Below, in pieces: positions 16,875 through 25,900 of a DNA stretch of 64,000 nt. The position numbers and the translations under genes were made by a program. Source of the DNA: Fidelibacterota bacterium (GTDB lineage: Bacteria; Fidelibacterota; Marinisomatia; Marinisomatales; UBA1611); assembly GCA_018658715.1 (NCBI GenBank), contig JABHUQ010000034.1, forward strand, positions 22,230-86,229, in the 5' to 3' direction. Each line of letters starts with the position of its first letter. The first letter of the stretch is position 1. The notes beneath the pieces are model-generated. The model did no database searches. It was given only the letters and a program-made list of their open reading frames with translations, and was not told the origin of the DNA.

Positions 16875-16905
16875 GAAGGGTAATTATAACACAAAAATAA
16901 ATAGT

Positions 16906-18942
16906 TTAGGAAGAATGGTTTATCTGTTTCTCATTTAAACCTTCTAATACTAATTCAGCCACATCTTTCACAACCATGTTATCTTCATGTCCTGTGACTT
17001 TTAATCCATCTTCCATCATTATATTGCAGAAATTACATGCTGTTGCGACTGTGGAGGCTTTTGTATTAGCGGCTTCTTTAAAACGTTCATGATTGATTCT
17101 ATCACCGGTATTGATTTCATACCACATATTACCGCCACCCGCACCACAACAAAATCCAGATTCTTTATTGCGCTCCATTTCAATCAGTTTCCCTTCACTA
17201 AGCACTGATTGGATTAACTCTCGGGGCGCATCATATTCTCCATTATGCCTCCCTAAATAACATGCATCATGATATGTTACATCTTCTGTGACTGATGGTT
17301 GGGGTGAAATTTTCCCTTCTTTAACCAAGTCATTAATATATTGAGAATGGTGAACCACATCTAATTCTATTCCCAATTCAGCATAATCATGTTTAAGAGT
17401 CGTTAAACAATGTGGGCATTGTGTTACAATTTTTTTAATTCCGTATTCTTCAAACTTCTCAATATTTTGCATAGCCATCATTTGAAATAAATATTCATTT
17501 CCGATTCGTCTAGCAGAATCTCCCGTACAGATTTCTTCATTCCCTAAACAAGCATAATCTACACCTGCTTTATCTAATATTTGGCTAACAGCACGAGAAA
17601 TATCTTTTCCACGATTATCATAAGCACCAGAACATCCAGCCCAATATAGAACATCTGCTGTCTTCTTTTCTCGCATCAACGGAACATTTAAACCTTCCAT
17701 CCATGCTTCTCGTTCTTGAGGAGATAATCCCCAAGGATTACCGTAGTTTTCCATTTTATTAAATGCATCCATAGCATCTTCTGGAAAACGACTTTCCATC
17801 ATGACTAAATCCTGACGAATACGCAATATATCCACCATAGGTTCATTCCCAACAGGACAAACTTCAACACAGAAACCACATGTGGTACATGACCAAGCAG
17901 CTTCTTCTGTTAACATCCATTTCGTTATTGGGTCATCTAGTTCTTTCCCTATGGAAAAATCATTTAAATGTTCATTTAGATAATAGCGTTTATTGATTTC
18001 AATTGCAGAAGGAGACAATTCTTTCCCAGTCGAATATGCGGGACAAGCATCTTGACATCGACTACACATAATGCATGCATATGCATCCAAAATTTGGGAT
18101 TGGGTTAAATGTTCGAGTCTAGAAGATCCAAATTGTTCAATATCATCATCTTCAAAATCAATTGATTCCAAAACAGCTGGTGACCGACGCTCTTCTCTTG
18201 CCATATAATTCAATGGTCCCATAAATAAATGAGCATGTTTGGAATAGGGAAAATATGGAATAAAAGCAAGAATCAATCCTAAAGCCAACCACCAACATAC
18301 ATGTTCCATATAGATAATAGTTACAGGATCAAATGATTGCCATAACCATGCCAATAAATTCGCTCCAGGTTGGAATGGATCTGGCCCATGACCTGCAATT
18401 TCAAATGAAGCACCCACAAACCGGAATCCAATATGCATGAGAATGAACATTCCTACAATAAATGAATCTTTTTTCATCCCTGTACGGGCAGCTTCACTTA
18501 CAAGAACGGGATCGTTCGTTTTTAACTTTGGGTCATTAGAAATAAATCGACGAGCGACAAAATATTTGACACCAATAATGACAAATATGCTGAATAAATC
18601 AACAAAAATACGATAAAGTTTTCCAATCCACTGCTCATGAAAAAAATGAAACCCAGGAATAAAACCGTAAAGAACATCAATAATATTAACAGCAATGTAA
18701 AATGAAAATCCCCAAGCAACAATTGCATGTATTCCACCTACAATTGGACGTGTTTTAAATAATGTTTGTTGCCCTAGAAACACAGCCAACCCTTTTGGCC
18801 AATTTCTGATAGTTTCTTTCCACTGTATCGGTCGAGATCCTCGGCCAATCGCTTTGAACATTTTCCCAAAATTCTTCCAAGCGAGTCCTGTTGAACCCAC
18901 AGCTAGAAGAAGAAAAACAATTTTTTCTATAAGGGAGAGCAA
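16906..18942 (-). CDS. Membrane-bound Fe-S oxidoreductase (N-terminal multi-TM domain, 2x[4Fe-4S], two CCG domains; HdrD/GlpC-like). Putative ETF:quinone oxidoreductase.
   Basis: The hydrophobic N-terminal ~240 aa is followed by CIMCSRCQDACP and CTTCGFCVEVCP, then the cysteine-rich CCG-type motifs CPHC and FCCGAGGG. It lies immediately downstream of etfBA. Confidence 0.8.
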   Translation of the reverse strand: MLSLIEKIVFLLLAVGSTGLAWKNFGKMFKAIGRGSRPIQWKETIRNWPKGLAVFLGQQTLFKTRPIVGGIHAIVAWGFSFYIAVNIIDVLYGFIPGFHFFHEQWIGKLYRIFVDLFSIFVIIGVKYFVARRFISNDPKLKTNDPVLVSEAARTGMKKDSFIVGMFILMHIGFRFVGASFEIAGHGPDPFQPGANLLAWLWQSFDPVTIIYMEHVCWWLALGLILAFIPYFPYSKHAHLFMGPLNYMAREERRSPAVLESIDFEDDDIEQFGSSRLEHLTQSQILDAYACIMCSRCQDACPAYSTGKELSPSAIEINKRYYLNEHLNDFSIGKELDDPITKWMLTEEAAWSCTTCGFCVEVCPVGNEPMVDILRIRQDLVMMESRFPEDAMDAFNKMENYGNPWGLSPQEREAWMEGLNVPLMREKKTADVLYWAGCSGAYDNRGKDISRAVSQILDKAGVDYACLGNEEICTGDSARRIGNEYLFQMMAMQNIEKFEEYGIKKIVTQCPHCLTTLKHDYAELGIELDVVHHSQYINDLVKEGKISPQPSVTEDVTYHDACYLGRHNGEYDAPRELIQSVLSEGKLIEMERNKESGFCCGAGGGNMWYEINTGDRINHERFKEAANTKASTVATACNFCNIMMEDGLKVTGHEDNMVVKDVAELVLEGLNEKQINHSS

Positions 18943-18948
18943 GTGTAT

Positions 18949-19917
18949 TTATCCGTTAATAGCTTCCGTTAGTTTAGGGACAATTTCTAATATATTACCA
19001 ACAACACCATAATCTGCTATTTCAAAAATAGGGGCATCAGCATCTTTATTAATAGCAATAATATTTTTTGACCCTTTCATACCTACAACATGTTGTATTG
19101 CTCCAGAAATACCCAACGCAATATATAAATTTGGAGAAACAGATTGGCCTGAACTTCCTACTTGATGAGACGATGGTAACCATCCAGCATCTACAACAGG
19201 CCTCGATGAAGCCAATTCGCCATTTATAGCAGACGCAAGATCTTTAACTATTTGAAGATTATTCTCTTTTTCAATTCCTCGTCCCACGCTGACAATTAAA
19301 TCAGCGCTTGATAAATCAATTCCACTCACTTCTTCTTGGATTGGTGCTTCGGATGAAGTTCTAACTTGACTTGACTCTAATTCAATATCAAATGATCTAG
19401 TAGAAGCAGAGCCGGATTCAATATTTTCTTCTGAGAATGCCGCTGCCTGGAAACTGATTAAAGTACACTCCGAATCATTCGATACCACTTTTGACCCCAA
19501 TTTCCCGTTATACACAGTCTTGGTGAATACAAAGAAGTCACCTTCTTTCATTAATGAAACGACATCTGGTATAAAAGGTTTGTCTATACGAGCACTTACT
19601 TTGGGGAAATAATCTCTTGTTTGATATGTATGTCCTACAAATACTAAGCTTGGATTTTCCTTTTCTATTACTTGCTTTACACATTCAGCAAAACCATCTG
19701 CACTGTAAGTAGACAATAAATTATGATTCGCGACCAATACTTCATCCAAATTCATTCCTGAAACAGACGAAGCTATTTGGTCTGTATCAATCCCAATAGC
19801 TAGAGCAGAAATACTTAGCCCATTCTCTGCTGCAATTGATTGAGCTCCAACGATTGCTTCACGACTCATGCGATGAAGAGATCCATTCTTTGATTCTAAT
19901 ACAACTAAAATATCCAT
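18949..19917 (-). CDS. etfA: Electron transfer flavoprotein alpha subunit
   Basis: C-terminal FAD-binding motif SRPVVDAGWLP...QVG.SGQ.V.P.LYIALGISGAIQH..G. 322 aa. Confidence 0.9.
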   Translation of the reverse strand: MDILVVLESKNGSLHRMSREAIVGAQSIAAENGLSISALAIGIDTDQIASSVSGMNLDEVLVANHNLLSTYSADGFAECVKQVIEKENPSLVFVGHTYQTRDYFPKVSARIDKPFIPDVVSLMKEGDFFVFTKTVYNGKLGSKVVSNDSECTLISFQAAAFSEENIESGSASTRSFDIELESSQVRTSSEAPIQEEVSGIDLSSADLIVSVGRGIEKENNLQIVKDLASAINGELASSRPVVDAGWLPSSHQVGSSGQSVSPNLYIALGISGAIQHVVGMKGSKNIIAINKDADAPIFEIADYGVVGNILEIVPKLTEAING

Positions 19918-19926
19918 GATAATCCT

Positions 19927-20697
19927 CTATAACACTTTTACTTCATTTTTTAAAACATCAACTAACCTCGCCACAATGGTATCTGGTTCGCCTTCAATCA
20001 TTTCAGTTTTTTTATTTGTTTTTGGGACAAATACTTTTTGAATAGATTGCTTTTTACCGTCAATATAAAATTCTGATTCAGAAAGAATTTTTAATTCTTT
20101 TTTCTTAGCGCCCATAATTCCCTTTAGGGATGGATAACGCGGCTGGTTCAAACCAGATTGAATACTGATAGATGCTGGTAATGTAAGTGTAACCCATTGG
20201 GACCACCCTGCTTCTAATTCACGTTTTACCTTTAGAGTATTTTCACTTAACTCAGTTCCAACTACTAAAGATGCTGTTGACATATTCAATAATTCACCAA
20301 GGATAATTCCAGTTTGCCCCATTCCAGAATCATCAGATTGAAGTCCAGAAAAGATGAGATCAAATTGCTCGCTTTCCAACGCTTTTGCGAATTGCTTTGC
20401 CAATGTTAATGGATCAGCTAATCCTTTCGCATCTGTTTGTAAATGAATACCACGGTCAGCGCCTTTTGCCAATGCTTCTCTGATAATTTTTTGTACTCTG
20501 TCAGGACCAAGACTTATAGCAACTACTTCACCGTTTCCTCGTGATTCAATAATTTTTTGAGCTTCTTCTAATGCATAACTATCACTTTCATTCATTAAAA
20601 AGGAAGCTTGGTCTTCTTGGATTCCTGTTTCATTATCGTTGATAGGCAAAGCTGATTCTGCGCCTGGGACCTGTTTGATCAGTACGCCGATTTTCAT
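19927..20697 (-). CDS. etfB: Electron transfer flavoprotein beta subunit
   Basis: MKIGVLIKQVP... with typical EtfB length (256 aa). It lies directly upstream of etfA. Confidence 0.9.
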   Translation of the reverse strand: MKIGVLIKQVPGAESALPINDNETGIQEDQASFLMNESDSYALEEAQKIIESRGNGEVVAISLGPDRVQKIIREALAKGADRGIHLQTDAKGLADPLTLAKQFAKALESEQFDLIFSGLQSDDSGMGQTGIILGELLNMSTASLVVGTELSENTLKVKRELEAGWSQWVTLTLPASISIQSGLNQPRYPSLKGIMGAKKKELKILSESEFYIDGKKQSIQKVFVPKTNKKTEMIEGEPDTIVARLVDVLKNEVKVL

Positions 20698-20785
20698 GGG
20701 GAGTGTCCTTTCTTGTAATATTGCAAAATAGTGATAAATTTAACGGGTAAAGTTAATGTTTTTCCCTTAAAGAGTCTTTCAAATT

Positions 20786-20920
20786 ATGTTTGAACTATTT
20801 AAACCATTCCTAAAAAACGATATTGTTTTAGCCAACTTATTGTTCACGCTCGGCATTGTGATTTTATTACTTACAGTCGTTTGGAAAATCAATCCGCGAA
20901 AAAAGAATAATCAAAGATAA
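20786..20920 (+). CDS. Possible small single-pass membrane protein (44 aa), absent from the ORF track
   Basis: My own translation: MFELFKPFLKNDIVLANLLFTLGIVILLLTVVWKINPRKKNNQR. It has a hydrophobic core and a basic tail but no clear RBS. Confidence 0.25.
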   Translation: MFELFKPFLKNDIVLANLLFTLGIVILLLTVVWKINPRKKNNQR

Positions 20921-21065
20921 TTACGCTCTTTTTTTCGTATTGATTTGTCTTGGTTTTCATGCCAATATATTGATAGTTTTAACTATTCAATCTATAAAAG
21001 TACGTGGATTGAATCCTTCAAAGAGAGGTATTTCTTTATTTAACAAACTAAACAGGAGTATATAT

Positions 21066-22847
21066 ATGAAATCATTTGTTAACATTCTATTAGCATCTGT
21101 GATGTTTATCGGTGTTGCTTTTTCTCAATCTATTCAAGGGAACTATCAGTTGAATTATGTGACAGTTCATTATACCTATGAAGTGAGAGAATTTGACAGT
21201 GCTCAAGATAGCGCAGAAGCTTCATATGACATAACGGCATCTTGGCCCAGTTCTGAATATGCTGCCGCAGGTATGGGTGTCACATGGGATTTATTGGGAT
21301 TTGAACCGGGCGATACGCTCGGGACAACGTTAATTCCTCTTATTTCACCAGAATACCTCGCAGGTTTTGGATATATGCTTACGGGCGATCCTACTGCACC
21401 AGGCGTAGCCATCAATATTGATCTTTATGATGATGGAAACTTTACAATCAATGATGGAAGTACTTACCCAACGACAGAAACCATTGATTGCTCTACCACA
21501 GCTGTAATACCTGCTGTCGCAGAAAATGGTACTTGGCAAGGAACGGCTCTTCTTCCGGTCGATGAAGATACATATACACTTGGTTGGGGGATCACACAAT
21601 CTGAAGTATTTGCTCAATTTAATGCTCCTGATTTAGCGACCATGGAATATGGTGTTGATTTTGGATCAGGGACTACTATGGAAAATTGGGGACAAATGAC
21701 TGTGAATTACACAGATAATACATTAGCTCAGACATCTGACGTAGAAATTTATTGGGAAGCTCATGATGGTGTTGGAAGTGCCTTAGGCGTTGATGATAAT
21801 GGATTTCTTAATGGAAGCACTGGTGTCCCAACTTTGGCATCTGATACTGTTACAATTGGTGGGACTGCTGCACTATTAGCATACTATCAGTCTCTTGGTT
21901 ATTATGCAGATGTTGCACCAATTAATGTTGGTACATACCCTATGATTAATGGACCTGGAAGTGAAGAAGTAGATGAAAATGGTGAGACAGTCACTGTGGG
22001 AGTAGTCGATGCAAACTGGGGATATTTATTCGACCCGGTTGGAGGCGATGGAGAACCTTTTACTGGTGACGAATTATTTCAGTTTACTGGTTATTATTTT
22101 ACATACAACTTCTTATCCACTGCTTTGACATTTATGGATACTGCTGAAGCAGTTTTTGATGCAACATCTGGTGATGTGACTGCTGCATATACAGCTGGTT
22201 TTGTTGCTGTTGCAACCATGTGGGGTGTTGATAGTGAAACTGCAGCTGCATATGGAGCTCAAGTAGGGGCTGATTTATATGCCGAATTCCTCAGTTGTTT
22301 TACAACAACAGGAGACTTAGACGGATGTGCGGAAGAAGTAGCATACGCAGGTATTGTTATGTCACTAGGTGCATTAGCACAAATGGGCATTGATGTAGAT
22401 GATTCTGATCATGACTCGCAAGTTGATCCAAGTACTGGAGGTTTCTCTACAGGTCGTCTTATTTGGGAAATAGATAATGTCTGTATCCCTGATAATACTA
22501 CACAGCGTGTGAATCCAAAATTCTATAATACTGCTGTTGTATCTGTTGATAATAATGCTCCCCTTGCTGCTAAATTTGAATTGTTTGGGAACTATCCAAA
22601 CCCGTTCAATCCAACAACTAGTATCAAATTTGCTACTGAAAAATTCACTAATGTGAATTTAACCATCTACTCTATACTTGGTGAAGAAGTAGCTACGGTT
22701 CACAATGGCAAATTAGCGGCAGGTACATATTCCATGTCTTGGAATGGAAAAAATAACTTTGGGAATAATGTTCCAAGTGGAATGTATTTCTACAAAGTGA
22801 AATCTGATAACCGTACTTTAACAGGAAAAATGCTCCTGTTGAAATAA
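21066..22847 (+). CDS. Secreted protein of unknown function with a T9SS C-terminal sorting domain
   Basis: AGGAG lies upstream of ATG 21066. Signal peptide MKSFVNILLASVMFIGVAFSQ. The body is rich in G, T, A and D with no domain I recognise. CTD YPNPFNPTTSIKF...SGMYFYKVK...MLLLK (nt ~22572-22844). The ORF opens at 20940 but that extension looks non-coding. Confidence 0.78.
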   Translation: MKSFVNILLASVMFIGVAFSQSIQGNYQLNYVTVHYTYEVREFDSAQDSAEASYDITASWPSSEYAAAGMGVTWDLLGFEPGDTLGTTLIPLISPEYLAGFGYMLTGDPTAPGVAINIDLYDDGNFTINDGSTYPTTETIDCSTTAVIPAVAENGTWQGTALLPVDEDTYTLGWGITQSEVFAQFNAPDLATMEYGVDFGSGTTMENWGQMTVNYTDNTLAQTSDVEIYWEAHDGVGSALGVDDNGFLNGSTGVPTLASDTVTIGGTAALLAYYQSLGYYADVAPINVGTYPMINGPGSEEVDENGETVTVGVVDANWGYLFDPVGGDGEPFTGDELFQFTGYYFTYNFLSTALTFMDTAEAVFDATSGDVTAAYTAGFVAVATMWGVDSETAAAYGAQVGADLYAEFLSCFTTTGDLDGCAEEVAYAGIVMSLGALAQMGIDVDDSDHDSQVDPSTGGFSTGRLIWEIDNVCIPDNTTQRVNPKFYNTAVVSVDNNAPLAAKFELFGNYPNPFNPTTSIKFATEKFTNVNLTIYSILGEEVATVHNGKLAAGTYSMSWNGKNNFGNNVPSGMYFYKVKSDNRTLTGKMLLLK

Positions 22848-22888
22848 TTGTGTTTATTTACAACGTTTAATTAACAATAACTAAAAAA

Positions 22889-22922
22889 TGAGCAGTCTGA
22901 ATTCAGACTGCTCATTTTTATT
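22889..22922 (+). terminator. Rho-independent terminator after the T9SS protein gene
   Basis: Perfect palindrome TGAGCAGTCTGAATTCAGACTGCTCA (22889-22914) followed by TTTTTATTAT. Confidence 0.75.
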
Positions 22923-22932
22923 ATGGCACCTT

Positions 22933-25900
22933 ATGAAAAAAATCATTCTATTATTCTTATTATTTAACTTTGTTTTTTCACAAAACAGCTCATTATCTGG
23001 CTATGTGAAAGACGAAACAAATGGAGATCCCTTACTCGGTGCAAATGTTGTCCTTTCCGGAACGACTATGGGTGCAGCAACAGGTATGGATGGAAGTTAT
23101 AATATTACAAATATAAAGGCTGGAGATTATAAAATTTTAGTGACCTATATTGGTTTCGAAACATTGGAGTTTAATTTAACCATACCCTATAACGAATCAA
23201 TCCAACAAGATTTTAATTTATCACCTGAAGCAATTCAGATGGAAACATACGTAGTAACTGCTTCTAGAAGGCGCGAACGTGTTGAAGATGCTCCTGCAGC
23301 TATTTCTGTAATTACAAAAAAAGATATTCGTAGAGAAAGTAATACTAATCTCGGAGACTATTTAAAAGGAACAAAAGGAATTGATTTCACCCAATCTGGC
23401 ATTGATAGTTACAATATGACAGCACGAGGATTTAATTCATCCTTTAGCTCACGATTATTAACATTGACCGATGGACGTATGGCAAATGTGCCATCCTTAC
23501 GATTAACGGCCTATAATGTAATTCCAGTATCTTTTGAAGATGTTGAACAAATAGAAGTCGTACTTGGCCCATCATCTGCTTTGTATGGCCCTAATGCTCA
23601 TAGTGGCGTATTAAATATTGTAACAAGTTCCCCGCTTCGTACGCAAGGAACATCTATTAATATTCAAGGTGGTTTTTTAAATCAGGCGGATACAGATTTA
23701 CTGCAAAAATTAACATTTAGGACAGCCCACAAATATAAAGATTTTGGTTTTAAAATTTCTGGTGTCGCATTGCGAGGCCAAGATTGGACGCATTATAATG
23801 CTGATGAATTAGAAGGCCACGATCCTGCCTTTATAGGGCGTCCAAATTTAAAACACAATTTTATAGATAATGGCGGGAATCCCGGTGAAGGGAACAGCCC
23901 ACTTTTTACGGAAGATATGTTAGGATATTTCGACGATGCAAATGAAAGTTGGATTGGTAAAACATTTGGAGATAATATAGCATCTTTTTCATCTGAAACA
24001 GGCTCCCCTATTATTACTGAAGATATGGTCGCTGAGGCCCAAAGTGACCCATTTAACCGATACTTTTTAGATAATGGTATTATTCTTTGGTATGTGACTG
24101 AAGATAAAATTGGTTCACAATATGCTGATGGGATAGACAATAATGGAGATGGCGCTATTGATGAAGGAATTGATCTAGGAATTGATGACGATTCTGAAAT
24201 TTGGTATGACAATGTAGACAATGATGGAGATGGCCTCGTAGATGAAGCAGATGAAATTGGAAGTGCGTGGCTAGATCGATTTGGTAGCACATTTGAAGGG
24301 GATTTAAATTACACAGTGGGCGTTGGGGTTGACTCCACCCATAAATTTGGGTTTGGAGATTATGAGTATGATGATGATGGAAATATTATTTTTGACACAA
24401 ATGGAAATGGTGAATTCAACGATTCCTGGGGAAGTGATGGTTTAGATAATGATGGTGATTGGGATCTTTACGTCGATACTGATGGAATGACCTATGGCGT
24501 AGAAGAAGAAACATTTTCTGACTTGAACGAGAATGGGACTTTAGACGGGAAAGAGCTATTTATTGATGGGAATGGAAATGGAACATGGGAAGATGGTGAA
24601 GTTCTCATTGATTGGGGTCTTGATGGGGTTGATGGAACTGGAGATTTTGGTGAAGGAAATGGAACATGGGATGGTGAAACTTTTACTGATTTAAATGGAA
24701 ATGGAACATGGGATCAGTTTGAGAATAACGATTTAGATGGAGATGGAAAACCCAGCATGGGTGAAGTAGGTGTGGATGAATTCGATGAAAAGGATTTTGT
24801 GATGAATTATGGAGATCTTCCTCGGATCTATAAAGATGCGAATGATGATGGTCTTAATGATTACCCAGACTTTAATGTAAGAAATTATAGGTATGACTTA
24901 AGATTCGATTGGGAACCAAACCCTGATTTTACCCTAAGTCTATCCCATGGATATGCTTGGGCACGAAATATTAATATTACTGGAATTGCTCGTTATTTAG
25001 CCGATGGTTGGGTTTATCGTTATTACCAAGGTAAAATTCGTTGGAAAAATTTCTTTTTACAAACATACCTTAATTCTAGCTATTCCGGCGAATCAGATCA
25101 CCCTACTAGAAATTTAGCTACAGGATCTTTGATTTATGATCGATCAAAAAAATTCAGCGCACAATTCCAGCACGCGATGGAATTATTAAAAGGAGATCTT
25201 CGGTTTGTTTGGGGGGTAGACTATTTCCTCACCATGCCCAATACACGCGGGACTATATTATCAGATAAAGAACTCGTAGATCGGAAAGATAATAATGGAA
25301 CGGGTGAAGCGGGTTCCCCCTATACATTTGCAGATAGGAATGATAATACATTTTATGACGATGGAGAATTTTATTCTACATGGGCAACAGATACACCTGG
25401 AGCATTTGGAGGAACACCTTCTGATACATTAAGTGTAAACAATGATGGTTCGGTTACATATTCTGATAATGTATTTCATGCTTTAGCCGATGGTTTTGAT
25501 AATGATGGTGATAGTGATGATTTTGAGGATTTAAATGGAAATGGTCTACCGGACTTTGATGATGCAGATGGTGATGGACTATACTCTTACGGCGAGACGG
25601 TTGAACCTGGAGTAAAGTGGATTGGTGAAAATATCTTTTTTGTTTATTCAGATGGCATTGATAATGATGGCGATGGGAAAATTGATGAAAATATTGATGA
25701 GGGGATTGATGAAGCATCCGAAGATAATAGATATACCGTAAATGAATTAGGTGCTTATTATCAAGTAAATTGGAAACTAAATGATAAGTTAGAAATTATT
25801 CAAGCTACACGCCTTGATATTCATGATAGACTTACAAACTTAATTGAATTTAATAATCAAGGATATGGGATGGGATATAACCCTTTAGATTGGGAATTTG

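Noticed and set aside
20940-21065. 42-codon N-terminal extension of the 635-aa ORF
   Set aside because: The track's start codon is non-ATG and the sequence is not signal-like. An AGGAG RBS and a textbook signal peptide occur at ATG 21066.
22888-22932. Upstream ATG (MSSLNSDCSFLLWHL) proposed by the ORF track as the receptor start
   Set aside because: These codons are the terminator palindrome TGAGCAGTCTGAATTCAGACTGCTCA plus its T-tract. The signal peptide begins at Met 22933.
23793-24290. 165-aa minus-strand ORF (S/P/I-rich) inside the receptor gene
   Set aside because: It is antisense to the D/G/N-rich repeat region. The low-complexity product is the mirror of GAT/GGA/AAT-rich coding repeats, and the plus-strand frame has clear TonB-receptor context.
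24560-24720. Short tandem nucleotide repeats (aatggaaatggaacatggga...) that could be mistaken for a CRISPR or VNTR array
   Set aside because: They are in frame within the receptor CDS and encode GNGNGTWD-type loops. The units are imperfect with no unique spacers, and no cas genes are nearby.
25454-25717. 87-aa minus-strand H/Q-rich ORF
   Set aside because: It is antisense to repeat region 2 of the receptor gene. This is a composition artefact.
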